From assembly GCA_964016885.1 (NCBI GenBank), contig OZ024740.1:103354001-103418000 (forward strand): a DNA stretch of 64,000 nucleotides. Reading direction: 5' to 3'. The stretch's first letter is position 1; each line of letters opens with the position of its first letter. Under the pieces are notes generated by a model. That model saw only the letters and a list, made by a program, of their open reading frames with translations, was not told where the DNA came from and made no database searches. Shown here in pieces: positions 12,794-30,675 of this stretch. The DNA is from Eledone cirrhosa. Lineage: Eukaryota. The position numbers and the translations under genes are program-made.

Positions 12794-13440
12794 ATACATT
12801 ATGAAGAGAGAAGAAACATTTAGATATAATTAGTAATAAAATGTATCATACCTAAACTGTTCCTAAATTCCTCTCCCTCTGGTCGACCAATCTTTGAAGT
12901 GTGGGGACAACTGGAAAGCTTCCATTACTCATACTTCTCGCCTTCTTCACTACCTCTTCTACGGCCTCGATATGAATACCCCCTCCGCCTCCGTGGTATT
13001 TTCTTTGTGGTTATAAGAGGCTTAGCTCTGTTTCTCGACCGTTATATCGCGTGACTATCTCCCCCTCCGCCTTTTGGGATTCTTTCTCACGTCGTGTAGA
13101 CGCGTTCTTGAGACTAATAAAATGAGGTATCCTCTTGATAAGTCGGCAGACCTCGCAAGGACTCTATATCTTTGATATATTGTTTTTGTTTATGCCACGA
13201 AACTACGTAGTCGAGGAATTTAGGAACAGTTTAGGTATGATACATTTTATTACTAATTATATCTAAATGTTTCTTCTCTCTTCATAATGTATTTTTAACT
13301 CTGATACTGGTTCAGTCTGGTTCAAACTGAATTGGTCTGTCCCAGTCATTCATTGAGCAACATCGGTGAAGTCGGCACCCTTAACTCACAGTTGGGTGCG
13401 GATGCATTCATGTATATATGTGTGTGTCCGCATGTATCTG
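12793..13440 (+). mobile_element. Non-coding PLE/retrozyme-like insert with ~80-bp inverted 5' duplication
   Basis: 12793-12873 is the reverse complement of 13213-13293; internal HHR; flanked by (TA)n. Confidence 0.8.
13130..13217 (+). ncRNA. Type I HHR with U3:A8 covariant core
   Basis: tcctc-TTGATAA-gtcggca...tgccac-GAAA-ctacgtag-TC-gagga; palindromic stem III ACTACGTAGT, GUC triplet. Confidence 0.82.
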
Positions 13441-13451
13441 TGTGTTTCTTA

Positions 13452-19121
<5,670 letters not shown>

Positions 19122-19280
19122 ATATATATATATATATATATAAGCAAAAGGATTATTCAATTTGTTGGTAATTCAACAAATATAAATGTTTATAACTGAT
19201 TCAGAGCAGTCAACAAGTTTTCTGGAGTATAATATACAATGATATTAAATAAATTGAAACTATATTTATAAATCCATATT

Positions 19281-19341
19281 TATTCTATTATATATATTTC
19301 AAGGGTACCAAAACTTTGGAACGCTTTCATCAGATAAAATA
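19281..19341 (-). ncRNA. Minimal HHR (inverted copy of 23096-23156)
   Basis: Minus: tattttat-CTGATGA-aagcgttccaaa..tttggtaccctt-GAAA-tatata-TA-atagaata. Confidence 0.83.
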
Positions 19342-20031
19342 CAAAGTTTGTTTTATATATTTTGACATAACCAAGAAAAGATACGTTAACGGTTCAAGTT
19401 TTTCTTGGATAGTGAAGGGAAAAGAGAAGAAAAGTCAGATATTTCAAATTATTAAGATGAGTATGCAAATGAGGTTGAGGTATAGGGCTGAAAAAACGTT
19501 ATTTTAGACGCTATGCAGAATTTAAATAATTAGGATATATGTATGTATGAGTAGGAAGAAGAAAAAAGAAAGAAGAGCTTGTATTTACGTTAATTTAAAA
19601 GGAATTAACAATTTGCGGGAATGGTGGAATATGATTCCAGAATTTAAATTTATTTAGCTATATTATGAGTTATAATATTGTAATTTATAATCAATTAGAT
19701 TATATGAAGAATTATGGTTGTAGGTAGATTTTATCTTATTACATTACAATAGGTTGTAAGTATATAAATATCTATATAGATTAATAATTGTGCATGTATA
19801 AGTATTATAGAAATAGAAATAATTTACAATTATTAGTTGTTTACATTTCTAATATAAGTTACGAAGGATGTTGATTTTGGATTTTACATTAAAAAAACAG
19901 GTAGTTCAAGTTGTAAGAGGAGAACAATTTGTAGATTCGAATATTTTGTTCCAACATTGAAAATGTTTTCAGAATATTGTTAATTTAGCGAAGTTATATA
20001 GTTTGTCATACATATTATATTATAATATAAA

Positions 20032-21919
20032 ATAGAATAAAGTAGACAATCTAGAAAAAACAAAGAGGATCCTGGTAAAATTTGACAAAACAAATAATTT
20101 ATAAGGTATGGAATAGGACGAATATAATAACCTTATATTGAAAGAACTCAGAAAAAACTACAAAATAACATCAAATGAAGATCTTTCAACATTAAATAGG
20201 GGAGCTTCTGAAATTATTTATAAATTAGGCATCCAAAATAGGACTGAACCCTTTATACCTAGAAAACCGAAGATTAACCTGAAGGATGACAAAAGAAATT
20301 TTGAAATTGAACTACCAGTCAGACTCATCGCACCATCTAAATCGGACTTAAGCATAATTAGCAAGCATATATTAGATAGAATTATACCACTACTTAAAGA
20401 AAAATCACACCTTAAACTATGGAACGGTAATAATGAAGTTATAGATTGGTTTAATAACATAAAATTAAAACATAACAAAAAATTCATTCAAATGGATATT
20501 GCAAATTACTACTCCTCTATTACTCATAGCTTACTTAATAAGAAATGAATAATTCTAACAGCACGTAAAACCCTAATAGAATTTAATAATCATCTCTGGA
20601 CAAGAGCCGACAGAAAAAACAATTTTGATATCACTATGGGATCATCTGACTCGGCGCAAGTAACGGACCTCGTTGAATTATTTATTAATAATGTACTACA
20701 TAGGAAAATGCCAGAGATGACTGGAGGTTTATATCGCGATGATATGTTACTTTTAATTGAAAACCATAGCAATAGTGAAATTAATAGGAAAAGGAAATCC
20801 ATAATACAATTTTTCAACAACTACAACCTTAATTTAGAAATCGAGAATAATTACAAAATCGTTAACTTCTTAGATGTAACCTTAAACCTTAGCACAGGTC
20901 TTTACTATCCATTCCATAAAATTTACGAAAATCTAAATTACGTAAGTTTCAATTCTAATCATCCTAGAAATATTTAAAATACTATTGTCAATAGTGTCCA
21001 ACAACGGATTTCACGCATCTCTGCTAAAATATTTTTGATGATAACGCAGAATATTACAATGAAGCTTTACATAGAGCAGGATACTCGAATAAAATTAAAT
21101 ACATAGATAACAATAACATGACAAATCATCCTAGAATTAATTATAATAATAATAAACAATTTAACTTAAACACTAAACCAAACAAAAAAACTAGAACTAG
21201 AAATATTATTTGGTACTCTCCCCCATTCTCATTAAGCGTTAAAACACCTTTAGCAAAGCTATTTTTTAAAGCACTAGATAAATGTTTTCCTAAAGCCCAC
21301 AGATACCACTCTATTTTTAACAGACACACTATAAAACTATCCTTCTCTACTACTATGAACATAGCACAAAATATAAATAGAATTAATAATAGAAACTTAA
21401 ATTTAAACCCTAACCAAACTAACCAAGATAGCAATAATAATATTCCTAACAACAATATTCAGAATAATAGTACTGTTCCGAACAACAACAACTCCAGAAA
21501 ATGTAACTGTAGAATTAAATCAAACTGCCCTTTACAAAATAATTGCTTAGACAAAAACGTAATTTATAAATGCACAGTTAAAACTAGAGTCAAAGTATTT
21601 AATTATATTGGTGCCACTTCTACAAAGTTCAAAGAACCATAAACACACATTTAATAGATCCGGTAAAAAATCTTCTACTTCACTTTCACATTTAATTTGG
21701 AACTTAAAAGACAACAACATAGACTATTCAATATCTTGGGGAACGATTTCGAAAGCACCTGCATACCAAAATATGGCTTTCTCAAGATTCTGTAACTTGT
21801 GTATCGAGGAAATTTTTTATATAATTAACTGTCAAAACTCTATTAATCTTAAAACAGAATTATTTTCTACTTGCAAACATCGCCAAAATTCCACTTTCAG
21901 AAGTATTTTTAATTTATGA
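20032..21919 (+). pseudogene. Fragmented PLE reverse transcriptase plus GIY-YIG endonuclease
   Basis: VRLIAPSKS, MDIANYYSSI, MGSSDSAQ, GLYRDD, NFLDVTL, SNHP, RNIIWYSPPF, CNCR..CPL..NCL, VIY..YIG, CNLCIEE..CKHR; stops, frameshifts and a deletion. Confidence 0.93.
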
Positions 21920-23095
21920 TATTCATTACACTTGACTATATCTTATACACCTTCAAAATGATCCTATTTTCTTTAAAAATTTAAATTTAAATTTTTTAAA
22001 TGATCTTCCTTCTTAATTTTTTAATATTTCTACTATTTTTACCATTTGACATTAATTTTTTAATTTTTTAATATATTTCTTTACTATTTTTACCTTTTGA
22101 CATTATTTTTCTAATGATACCCCTCTAAATATATTTTTTTAGATGTAGATTGATAATCTTTAATTGACATTCTGAAAGTTTATCTCTTTACGATAGTTCT
22201 TCGCAATGCACATTACTTTTTTCCTCTCCTTTTGATCTTCAAACTTTCACACATCTTTTGACTAAAATAATATATAATTGAAATTAATCTCACACAAAAT
22301 AATATATAATTTTCTCTATATATTTTCTGAGTAAATCATTCATCAAATTTAAAGCTTAACAAACAAGATTGGAGTTATCTTTCCCTTTTAAATCGTGCAA
22401 ACATAAACATTATATTATAATATAATATGTATGATAAACTATATAACTTCGCTAAATTAACAATATTCTGAAAACATTTTCAATGTTGGAACAAAATATT
22501 CAAATCTACAAATTGCTCTCCTCTTACAACTTGAACTACCTGTTTTTTATGTAAAATCCAAAATCAACTTCCTTCGTAACTCATGTTAGAAATGTAAACA
22601 ACTAATAATTGTAAATTATTTCTATTTCTATAATACTTATACACGCACAATTATTAATCTATATAGATATTTATATACTTACAAACTATTGTAATGTAAT
22701 AAGATAAAATCTACTTACAACCATAATTCTTCATATAATCTAATTGATTATATATACAATATTATAACTCAAAATATAACTAAATAAATTTAAATTCTGG
22801 AATCATATTCCACCATTCCTGCAAATTGTTACTTCCTTTTAAATTAACGTAAATACAAGCTCTTCTTTCTTTTTTCTTCTTCCTACTCATACATACATAT
22901 ATCCTAATTATTTAAATTCTGCATAGCGTCTAAAATAACGTTTTTTCAGCCCTATACCTCAACCTCATTTGCATACTCATCTTAATAATTTGAAATATCT
23001 GACTTTTCTTCTCTTTTTCCTTCACTATCCAAGAAAAACTTGAACCGTTAAGGTATCTTTTCTTGGTTATGTCAAAATTTATAAAACAAACTTTG

Positions 23096-23156
23096 TATTT
23101 TATCTGATGAAAGCGTTCCAAAGTTTTGGTACCCTTGAAATATATATAATAGAATA
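23096..23156 (+). ncRNA. Minimal HHR in PLE 3' terminal repeat
   Basis: tattttat-CTGATGA-stem II-GAAA-tatata-TA-atagaata; 8-bp stem I with one G-U. Confidence 0.85.
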
Positions 23157-23345
23157 AATATGGATTTATAAATATAGTTTCAATTTATTTAATATCATTG
23201 TATATTATACTCCAGAAAACTTGTCGACTGCTCTGAATCAGTTATAAACATTTATATTTGTTGAATTACCAACAAATTGAATATCCCTTTTGCTTATATA
23301 TATATATATATATATATATATTTTTCTTCTTCCTACTCATACATA

Positions 23346-25786
23346 CATCATCATCTTCGTTTAACGTTCATTTTCCACGCTAGCATGGGTTAGATGGGAG
23401 TTGTCCCACTTGAGGCAAGGCTGGTCGGGTTACCGTGTCTCACTCATATAGGACTATCTGGCAGGTTTTCTACGGCTGAATGCCCTTCCTAACACCAACC
23501 ACATTTACAGTGTGGAACTGGGAACCTTTTACCGTGTTACCTACACGACCACATTACAGCGTGGACTGTGTGTTTTTTTTTGTCGTGACACCTACACGAA
23601 CTCGATCTCATTTTCTCGTGCTTTTGGTGGGAGTGGGAGTATAGGGTAGGGGTAGTAGATTGGGGTGTATATTTGGTTAAGAGGTGCCTACTGACTGTAG
23701 GTTTCGCTTTGTACATAAGCAAGGCGGGTCTTCTGTATTACTGTGTAGCACCAAAGATCTCGGTCCAGAGACATTGTCTTAGAGAGATGTAAGTGTGTGA
23801 GGTCGGAATTTATCAGATCATCCCAGGTTTTTCTGGGTCTACCTACTCCGTAACTACCATCAATTTTGATCGCTCTGCACTTTTTTATGCAGCTGTCGTC
23901 TCATGCGCATTACGTGACCATACCAACGTAGTCTTCTCTCAAGTAAACAGCATCTGATCCCTCTTATTCCTAATTTCTCACTTAGTTCATTTATGCTTTG
24001 CCGTTCACGTATATTACTATTACACATCCAACGGAGCATGCAAGCTTTGTTCCTCTCCAGTCTGCGTATATCCTCTGCACGTAATGCCCATGTCTCACTG
24101 CCATATAGCATTGCTGTTCGTATGCAGGCATCATACAATCTGCCTTTCATTTTTAGAGAGAAACCTTTTGTGGCCAACAGCAGTATAAGCTCTCTAAACC
24201 TTTTCCATCCCGTTCTGACTCTGGCTACTGTACTTTCAGAACACCCTCCACCACTGCTGATTTCGTCACCCAGGTAACGGAAAGTGTCTACTATTTCTAT
24301 AGAACCATCTGGGCAATCGAAGGAGCTAGTATCCTTTGGACACTTGCTACTTATTGCACCTGAGCATTGGCCACAGATAAAGTCTACGTTCTTAGATAGT
24401 TTACCTGTGATCCCACTACATCTTTTATGTACCCATAGTTTGCATTTGGGACATAAAATGGAATTTCTGCCTACTCCTTTCCTACGCACTGAGCATGGCC
24501 ATTTCCCTGAGGGCACCTGTGCCCTATTTTCCTTTCTACATACTAGAACTTTAGTCTTAGACAAGTTAACTTTAAGGCTTTTGATTCTAGGCCATGCTTC
24601 CATGTTTGGAATTTCTTCTCTAGTTCAGCCATTGATTCAGCTATGAGCGTGAGATCATCTGCGTATAGGAGTTCCCATGGGCAGCCGGTCTTGAACTCCT
24701 CTGTTATAGCCTAAAGGGCAATAATAATAAGAGGGGGCTAAGGACAGAGCCTTGATGAACACCAGCTTTTACACTAAATTCTTCACAATATTCATTGTTA
24801 ATTCTAACCTTACTGACTGTTTCATTATACATAGCTTGTATAGCTCTCACAAGCCATTCATCTACACCTAGTTTTCTAAGAGCCCACCAGATAATGGAGC
24901 GGGGGACTCTGTCAAAAGCTTTCTCCAGGTCTACAAAAGCTAAGTAGAGGGGTTTACTTTTAGCTAGGTACTTCTCTTGTAGTTGTCGTACAAGGAAAAG
25001 AGCGTCTGGTACTTTTACCTGACACAAACCCAAACTGCATTTCATCTAGATCAATTCGCTCTCTGATTAGTTGCGCTATAACTCTTTCTGTGGCCTTCAT
25101 GACCTGGTCAACTAACTTAATGCCTCTATAGTTTCCCCTATCTAGAGCATCCCCTTTACCCTTGTAGCAGTTAATGATGATGTTGCTACGCCAGTCTTTC
25201 GGTATGACCCCATTCTATATGACTTGTTTTACTATCCGGGTGACCATGGTGTGTCCCACCATACCAGATGCCTTCAACATCTCAGCAACTATCTCCGAAG
25301 GCCCAGCTGCCTTGCCTGTCTTCATATCTTTGATTGCCTTACTTATTATACTACCTTTAACTTGGACTGCTGGTCCTTCTATTGGATCGATTTGGGGCAG
25401 ACTATCTTTTTCCCATTTATTCTCCTCATTTAATAGTCTCTCGTAGTGACACTTCCAGGCTATCTTCTTATCAGTATCAGTAAGAGCAAGTACACCATTA
25501 TCATTACGGACACACTTCTCCCCGACAATATCACGGTTTTCCTTGACACATTGTCTAGCAATCCTGAACACCTCACGTTTTTGGTCCTCACGTTGGAGAA
25601 CATGCGTGAACTTTCTATCCTCTGCTACCCTTTTTGCAAGGTACACTTGTCTCCTAGCTTCTCTCCTGGCCACTTGATAGTGCTCTCTACTTCCCCCATC
25701 CTGCCATACTTTCCAAGCCTGATTTTTTGCCTTGATTGTCTCTTCCACCTTACTGTTCCACCACCAAGTTACTCTCCTCCTGCCAA
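23346..25786 (-). mobile_element. 5'-truncated frameshifted RTE LINE
   Basis: ORF pieces 25215-25748, 24704-25045 and 23860-24603 with RT motifs; (CAT)n tail. Confidence 0.95.
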
Positions 25787-25982
25787 TATCCTAATTATTT
25801 AAATTCTGCATAGCGTCTAAAATAACGTTTTTTCAGCCCTATACCTCAACCTCATTTGCATACACATCTTAATAATTTGAAATATCTGACTTTTCTTCTC
25901 TTTTCCCTTCACTATCCAAGAAAAACTTGAACCGTTAACGTATCTTTTCTTGGTTATGTCAAAATTTATAAAACAAACTTTG

Positions 25983-26043
25983 TATTTTATCTGATGAAAA
26001 CGTACCAAAGTTTGGGTACCCTTGAAATATATATAATAGAATA
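25983..26043 (+). ncRNA. Minimal HHR, PLE family A variant
   Basis: tattttat-CTGATGA-aaacgtacc...ggtaccctt-GAAA-tatata-TA-atagaata. Confidence 0.8.
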
Positions 26044-26082
26044 AATATGGATTTATAAATATAGTTTCCATTTATTTAATAT

Positions 26083-26123
<41 letters not shown>

Positions 26124-26160
26124 TATATATATAAATTTATATATATATATATATATATAA

Positions 26161-26191
<31 letters not shown>

Positions 26192-26222
26192 AATTTATAT
26201 ATATATATATATATATATATAA

Positions 26223-26308
<86 letters not shown>

Positions 26309-26494
26309 ATACTTGGGGAGGGTCATATTTGTGTAATATTGCCAGAATTAATAACAGAACACACTCACTGTTTGGTTGGTATATATATATATATATTAAA
26401 TTCAAAGGGTATATATATATACTCTTAGTCACAGATACATATATGAGTTTGGCTCAATGAAGAATTAATTAAGCAAATAATTATTAATCAGAGC

Positions 26495-26828
26495 TATATA
26501 TAAAAATGTAAGTCCAAAGAACCATTAGATAAAATATATACAGTATTTCCTCTCCTAATCAGTATAAATCAAACACATAAAAAATCATTTAAACAAGGCT
26601 ATAAGTTTAAAATGTACTTATGAAGGAATAATAGACAAATGATACAGATTATTTTCCCCAATGTACAGCCATATGGCACTTATCTAATTATTTCTTTTAG
26701 CCTGTAGTACATTTTAAACTTATAGCCTTGTTTAAATAATTTTTTATGTGCTTGATTTATACTGATTAGGAGAGGAAATACTGTATATATTTTATCTAAT
26801 GGTTCTTTGGACTCACATTTTTATATAT
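26495..26828. repeat. Fold-back inverted repeat, ~120-bp arms, ~90-bp spacer
   Basis: tatatataaaaatg...aaaatgtact versus agtacatttt...catttttatatata. Confidence 0.88.
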
Positions 26829-26840
26829 AAATATATATCT

Positions 26841-27387
26841 ATACGAGCAAGAGAACCAATCCTGCCTCAAGTGGAAAAACTCCCGTCCAAACCAATGCAA
26901 GCGTGGAAGATGGACGTTAAACGATGATGATGATGATATATATATATATAAATATATAATGTTACTGGACCGGGATCTTTGGTGCTGAGCAGTAATACAG
27001 AAAACCCACCTTGCCTAAGTACAAAGCGAAACCTACAGTCAGTAGGCACTCCCATCCCATTACCCCAACTCCTCCACCCCCATCAACACCACCCCTTTCT
27101 CTGTAAAGTTATGTTGATACCACAACATCCAGTCCTAAATAAATGAGGTTGTGTGGGTGTCACAACAAAAAAACACAGTCCACGCTGTAATGTAGCCGTG
27201 TAGATAACACAGTAAAAACCTCCCAGTCCTCAAAGTAAACGTGGTTGGTGTTAGGAAGGGCATCCAGCCATAGAAAACCTGCGAGACAGTCCTATACAAG
27301 CGAGACGACCAATCTTGCCTCTAGTGGGACAAATCCCATCTAAACCCATGCTAGCGTGGAAGATAGACGTTAAACGATGATGATGAT
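26841..27387 (+). mobile_element. Two tandem RTE 3'-end fragments (26841-26937 and 26960-27387)
   Basis: Each ends gcgtggaaga..gacgttaaacgatgatg. Confidence 0.9.
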
Positions 27388-27391
27388 ATAT

Positions 27392-30010
27392 ATCATCATC
27401 ATCATCATCATTTTACGTCCGCTCTTCCCTGCTTGCAAGGGTGGGACGGGTCTTATTCAGCACAGCATCTCTCCACTCGTCACGGTCCTTCGTCATCTCC
27501 ACCGTGAGCTTCAGTGATCTGAGGTCTGTTCTCACCACCTCCGCCCATGTTTTTCGTGGTCTACCTCTACCACGTCTTCCTTCAACTGGCATTTCCTGGC
27601 ACTTCTTTACCCATCGGTCATCCTCCATGCGCATCACATGTCCATATCACCTCAGTCTCCTCTCCAGTACACTACATTCTATCCCTCTCAGACACAGTTT
27701 CTCTCTCAACACATTAATTCTGGCTCGTTCACGCACATTGACACTGCACATCCAGTTGCTGCCCATGTCTCACTACCATGCAACATTGCGCTCCTCACAC
27801 AGGCATCATATAACCGGCCTTTCGTACGCAGGGAAAAACCCTTCTTCATCAGCAGAGGAAGCATCTCCCTAAACTTCTTCCACCCCATCCTTATTCTAGA
27901 TACTATGGCCTCGGAACATCCCCCTCCCATGCTAATCTGATCTCCTAGGTACCGGAAGCTATCCACCACTTCTATAGCACCAGCCTGCATTTGAAAAATG
28001 TGTCTATCAATGCGACTTCTACTGTCTAATTTCCCTGTACATCTACTGCATACATATTTCTCCCTACCTTTTAGTTTTCCTGCTTTCCCGCTACATCTCT
28101 TGTGTACCCAGGATCTGCATTGTGTGCATTTTATAGAATTTATGCCAGTTCCTTTTCTGCATATCGAACATGGCCATTTCCCTGATGGAATTAGAGTTTT
28201 GTCCTCTTTTCTACTCATTAACACTTTTGTCTTAGCTAGGTTCACTCTCAGTCCTCTTGCTTCCAAATGCTGTTTTCATAGCCAGAATTTATTCTCTAGC
28301 TCCTCTACTGACTCTGCTATAAGAACCAGATTGTCAGCATAGAGAAGTTCCCATGGACAGCCAGTCTTAAACTCCTCTGTTATGGCTTGGAGGACTATAA
28401 TGAACAAGAGCGGGCTGAGGACCGAACCTTGATGTACTCCTACTTGTATCTGGAATTCCTCATTAAACTTCATTCCTACCCTGACTTTACTGACAGTACC
28501 TCTGTACAAAGTTTGCACTGTCCTCACAAGCCATTCCTCAACACCTAGTTTCCTTAGGTACCACCAGATGACAGATCGGGGTACCCTATCAAAGGCCTTC
28601 TCTAGGTCAACAAAGACTAAGTATAGTGGCTTATTTTTCTCTAAGAACCCCTCTTGCAATTGTCTCACCAAGAAGAGGGCATCTGTTGTACTCTTGCCAG
28701 GCACAAAACCAAACTGCATCTCATCTAGTTTGATCTTTTCTCTAATTAGTTGTGCTAATATCCTTTCTGCCACTTTCATAACCTCATCCATCAGTTTTAT
28801 ACCCCTATAATTGCTCCTCTTCAGAGTATCCCCTTTACCTTTGTAGCAATTTATGAGAATGCTGCTGCACCAGTCTTTGGGTATGACACCACCATATATA
28901 GCCTGATTGATGATGCATGCAACCAGCTTAGTGCCTATGTCCCCTGATGCCTTCAGCATCTCAGCAACTATTCCCGATGGTCCAGCAGCCTTACCATTTT
29001 TCATTTCCTTAATCGCCTCTTGGACCCTATATTCGTCAATCTCAATAGCTGGTCCCTCTGTCGGATCTACTGAGGGTAATTTCTCTCTCTCCCATTCGTT
29101 CTCCACATTCATCAGTCTCTCATAATGACATTTCCAGGCCTCCTTTTTCTGATCATTCGTGACACCACTAAGTACACCGGCATCGTTCCGGACACATTTA
29201 TCTCCAATAACATCCTGATTTGCATTGACACACTGCCTTGCAATGTGGAACACCGCACGCTTCTGATCTTCCCTTCGCAGAACACTGGCAAACCTCCTAC
29301 TCTCAGCCTCCCTGCGTTCTAAGTACACCTGACGTCTAGCTTCTCTCTTAGCGGCTGTATATTCTTCCCTACTCCCACCCTTTTTTCAAGCCTTCCATGC
29401 TAGTCTTTTGTCTCTAATGGCCTTATCTACTGTGCTGTTCCACCACCAGGCCACTCTCTGTCTGGTTGGAGCTCTGCTCCAGCCACAAGTTTCATCAGTA
29501 GCCTGCAGTAAGTTGTCACATAAGAAATTCCAGTTATTATCTATGTCATACGTCTCTAAATCGTCTTCTTTTTCGTCATACACATCTTGAAGGGTTTTCC
29601 TAAATTTGTATTTTAGTGAAAGGTCTTTTAGCTTCCAGACCTTTCTTCTCCACGCCTTCCTGTATGTCTCATTCCATCTCTTGCTTACTGAGATATCACT
29701 AACCTATGCTGTGGGGTACATTCTTCCCCAGGGTATGCCTTGGTATTAGACACTATCTGCCTGTCCCGCTGCCTAACTAGTAAGAAGTCACTCTGGCTTA
29801 TGTGCTCGCCAGATTTGTAGGTTATTAGGTGGTTGGCAAGTTTCTGGAAGTTTGTGTTGCAAATAGTCAGTTTACTTGCATCACAAAATTCAAGAAGTCT
29901 CACTCCTTCTTCATTTCTTGAGCCGTAACCATGCCCACCATGTACCCCAGTGTAACCATCCTGGAGCTGTCCAACATGACCATTGAAGTCCCCTGTTAGC
30001 ATAACGAGTA
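27392..30010 (-). mobile_element. Long RTE LINE (family C), APE endonuclease remnant through RT, essentially no 3'UTR
   Basis: GDFNGHVG and QHRLV (APE), NYRGIKL, QFGF, YADN; ORF stop lies immediately before the (GAT)n tail. Confidence 0.95.
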
Positions 30011-30015
30011 GAGTG

Positions 30016-30129
30016 TATATATTATCAAGAAAACGAAAAATCAGTGATGCATCTGGACTTTGTTTATTTCGAAATAAACTAACAAAGTCCAGATGCATCA
30101 CTGATTTTTCGTTTTCTTGATAATATATA
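30016..30129. repeat. Perfect hairpin, ~49-bp arms, 16-nt loop
   Basis: tatatattatcaag...ggactttgtt / aacaaagtcc...cttgataatatata. Confidence 0.92.
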
Positions 30130-30300
30130 TAAATATATATATATAGTAATAATAATAAATTTGAAGACTAAAATTCAAAGAGGGCTCGATAATGATAAAT
30201 ATATATCAAATATATAAGAACCGTAGAGCAAATATTTATTAAAATAACAGATTAAAGTTTTTTGAAATATTCACTTCAGCGTTCACAGATTGACTTTGTT

Positions 30301-30351
30301 AGTTTCAGAAGATCCCGTTAAGGGTGAAAGCAGCGATTCTTTGCTTAAACT
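30301..30351 (+). ncRNA. Type I HHR-like motif with CAGAAGA (A4) core
   Basis: agttt-CAGAAGA-tcccgttaagggt-GAAA-gca...tgc-TT-aaact; identical copy at 33634-33684. Confidence 0.72.
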
Positions 30352-30367
30352 TTAATCTGTTATTTTA

Positions 30368-30404
<37 letters not shown>

Positions 30405-30429
30405 TGTAATAAACAATATAAGATAATTA

Positions 30430-30490
30430 TTTCATTTACCAGTGGTTTCTTGAAAGCAAACAAAATTTGCTGTCAGTCATCAGAATGAAA
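30430..30490 (-). ncRNA. Minimal type I HHR in fold-back insert 30400-30662
   Basis: Minus: tttcatt-CTGATGA-ctgacagcaaa...tttgctttcaa-GAAA-ccactgg-TA-aatgaaa; 7-bp perfect stem I. Confidence 0.82.
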
Positions 30491-30675
30491 AAGTCCTGGT
30501 GTATTTATTAACAGTGGATTTTAAAATCCACTGTCAATAAATACACAAGAAACCACTGGTAAATGAAATAATTATCTTATGTTGTTTATAACATAACTAA
30601 TAAGCTCTGTAACCTACATAGAGCACTCTTTTTTCCTGGACATTTCTGACGGAATTATTTCACATATATATATAC

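Larger units (their letters stand above)
19143..23295 (+). mobile_element. Naiad-like Penelope-like retroelement (family A variant) with ~890-bp inverted 5' duplication
   Basis: 19143-20031 is the reverse complement of ~22412-23295; RT/GIY-YIG remnants lie between. Confidence 0.93.
23321..26090 (+). mobile_element. Tandem partial copy of the PLE 3' repeat, split by an RTE insertion
   Basis: 23321-23347 plus 25787-26090 together reproduce ~22871-23205. Confidence 0.85.

Noticed and set aside
21500-21919. Selenoprotein-type Naiad (in-frame UGA at conserved Cys)
   Set aside because: The conserved cysteines here are TGT/TGC codons; no Sec evidence seen.
26762-26790. CTGATTA...GAAA possible hammerhead
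   Set aside because: No stem II pairing and core mismatch.
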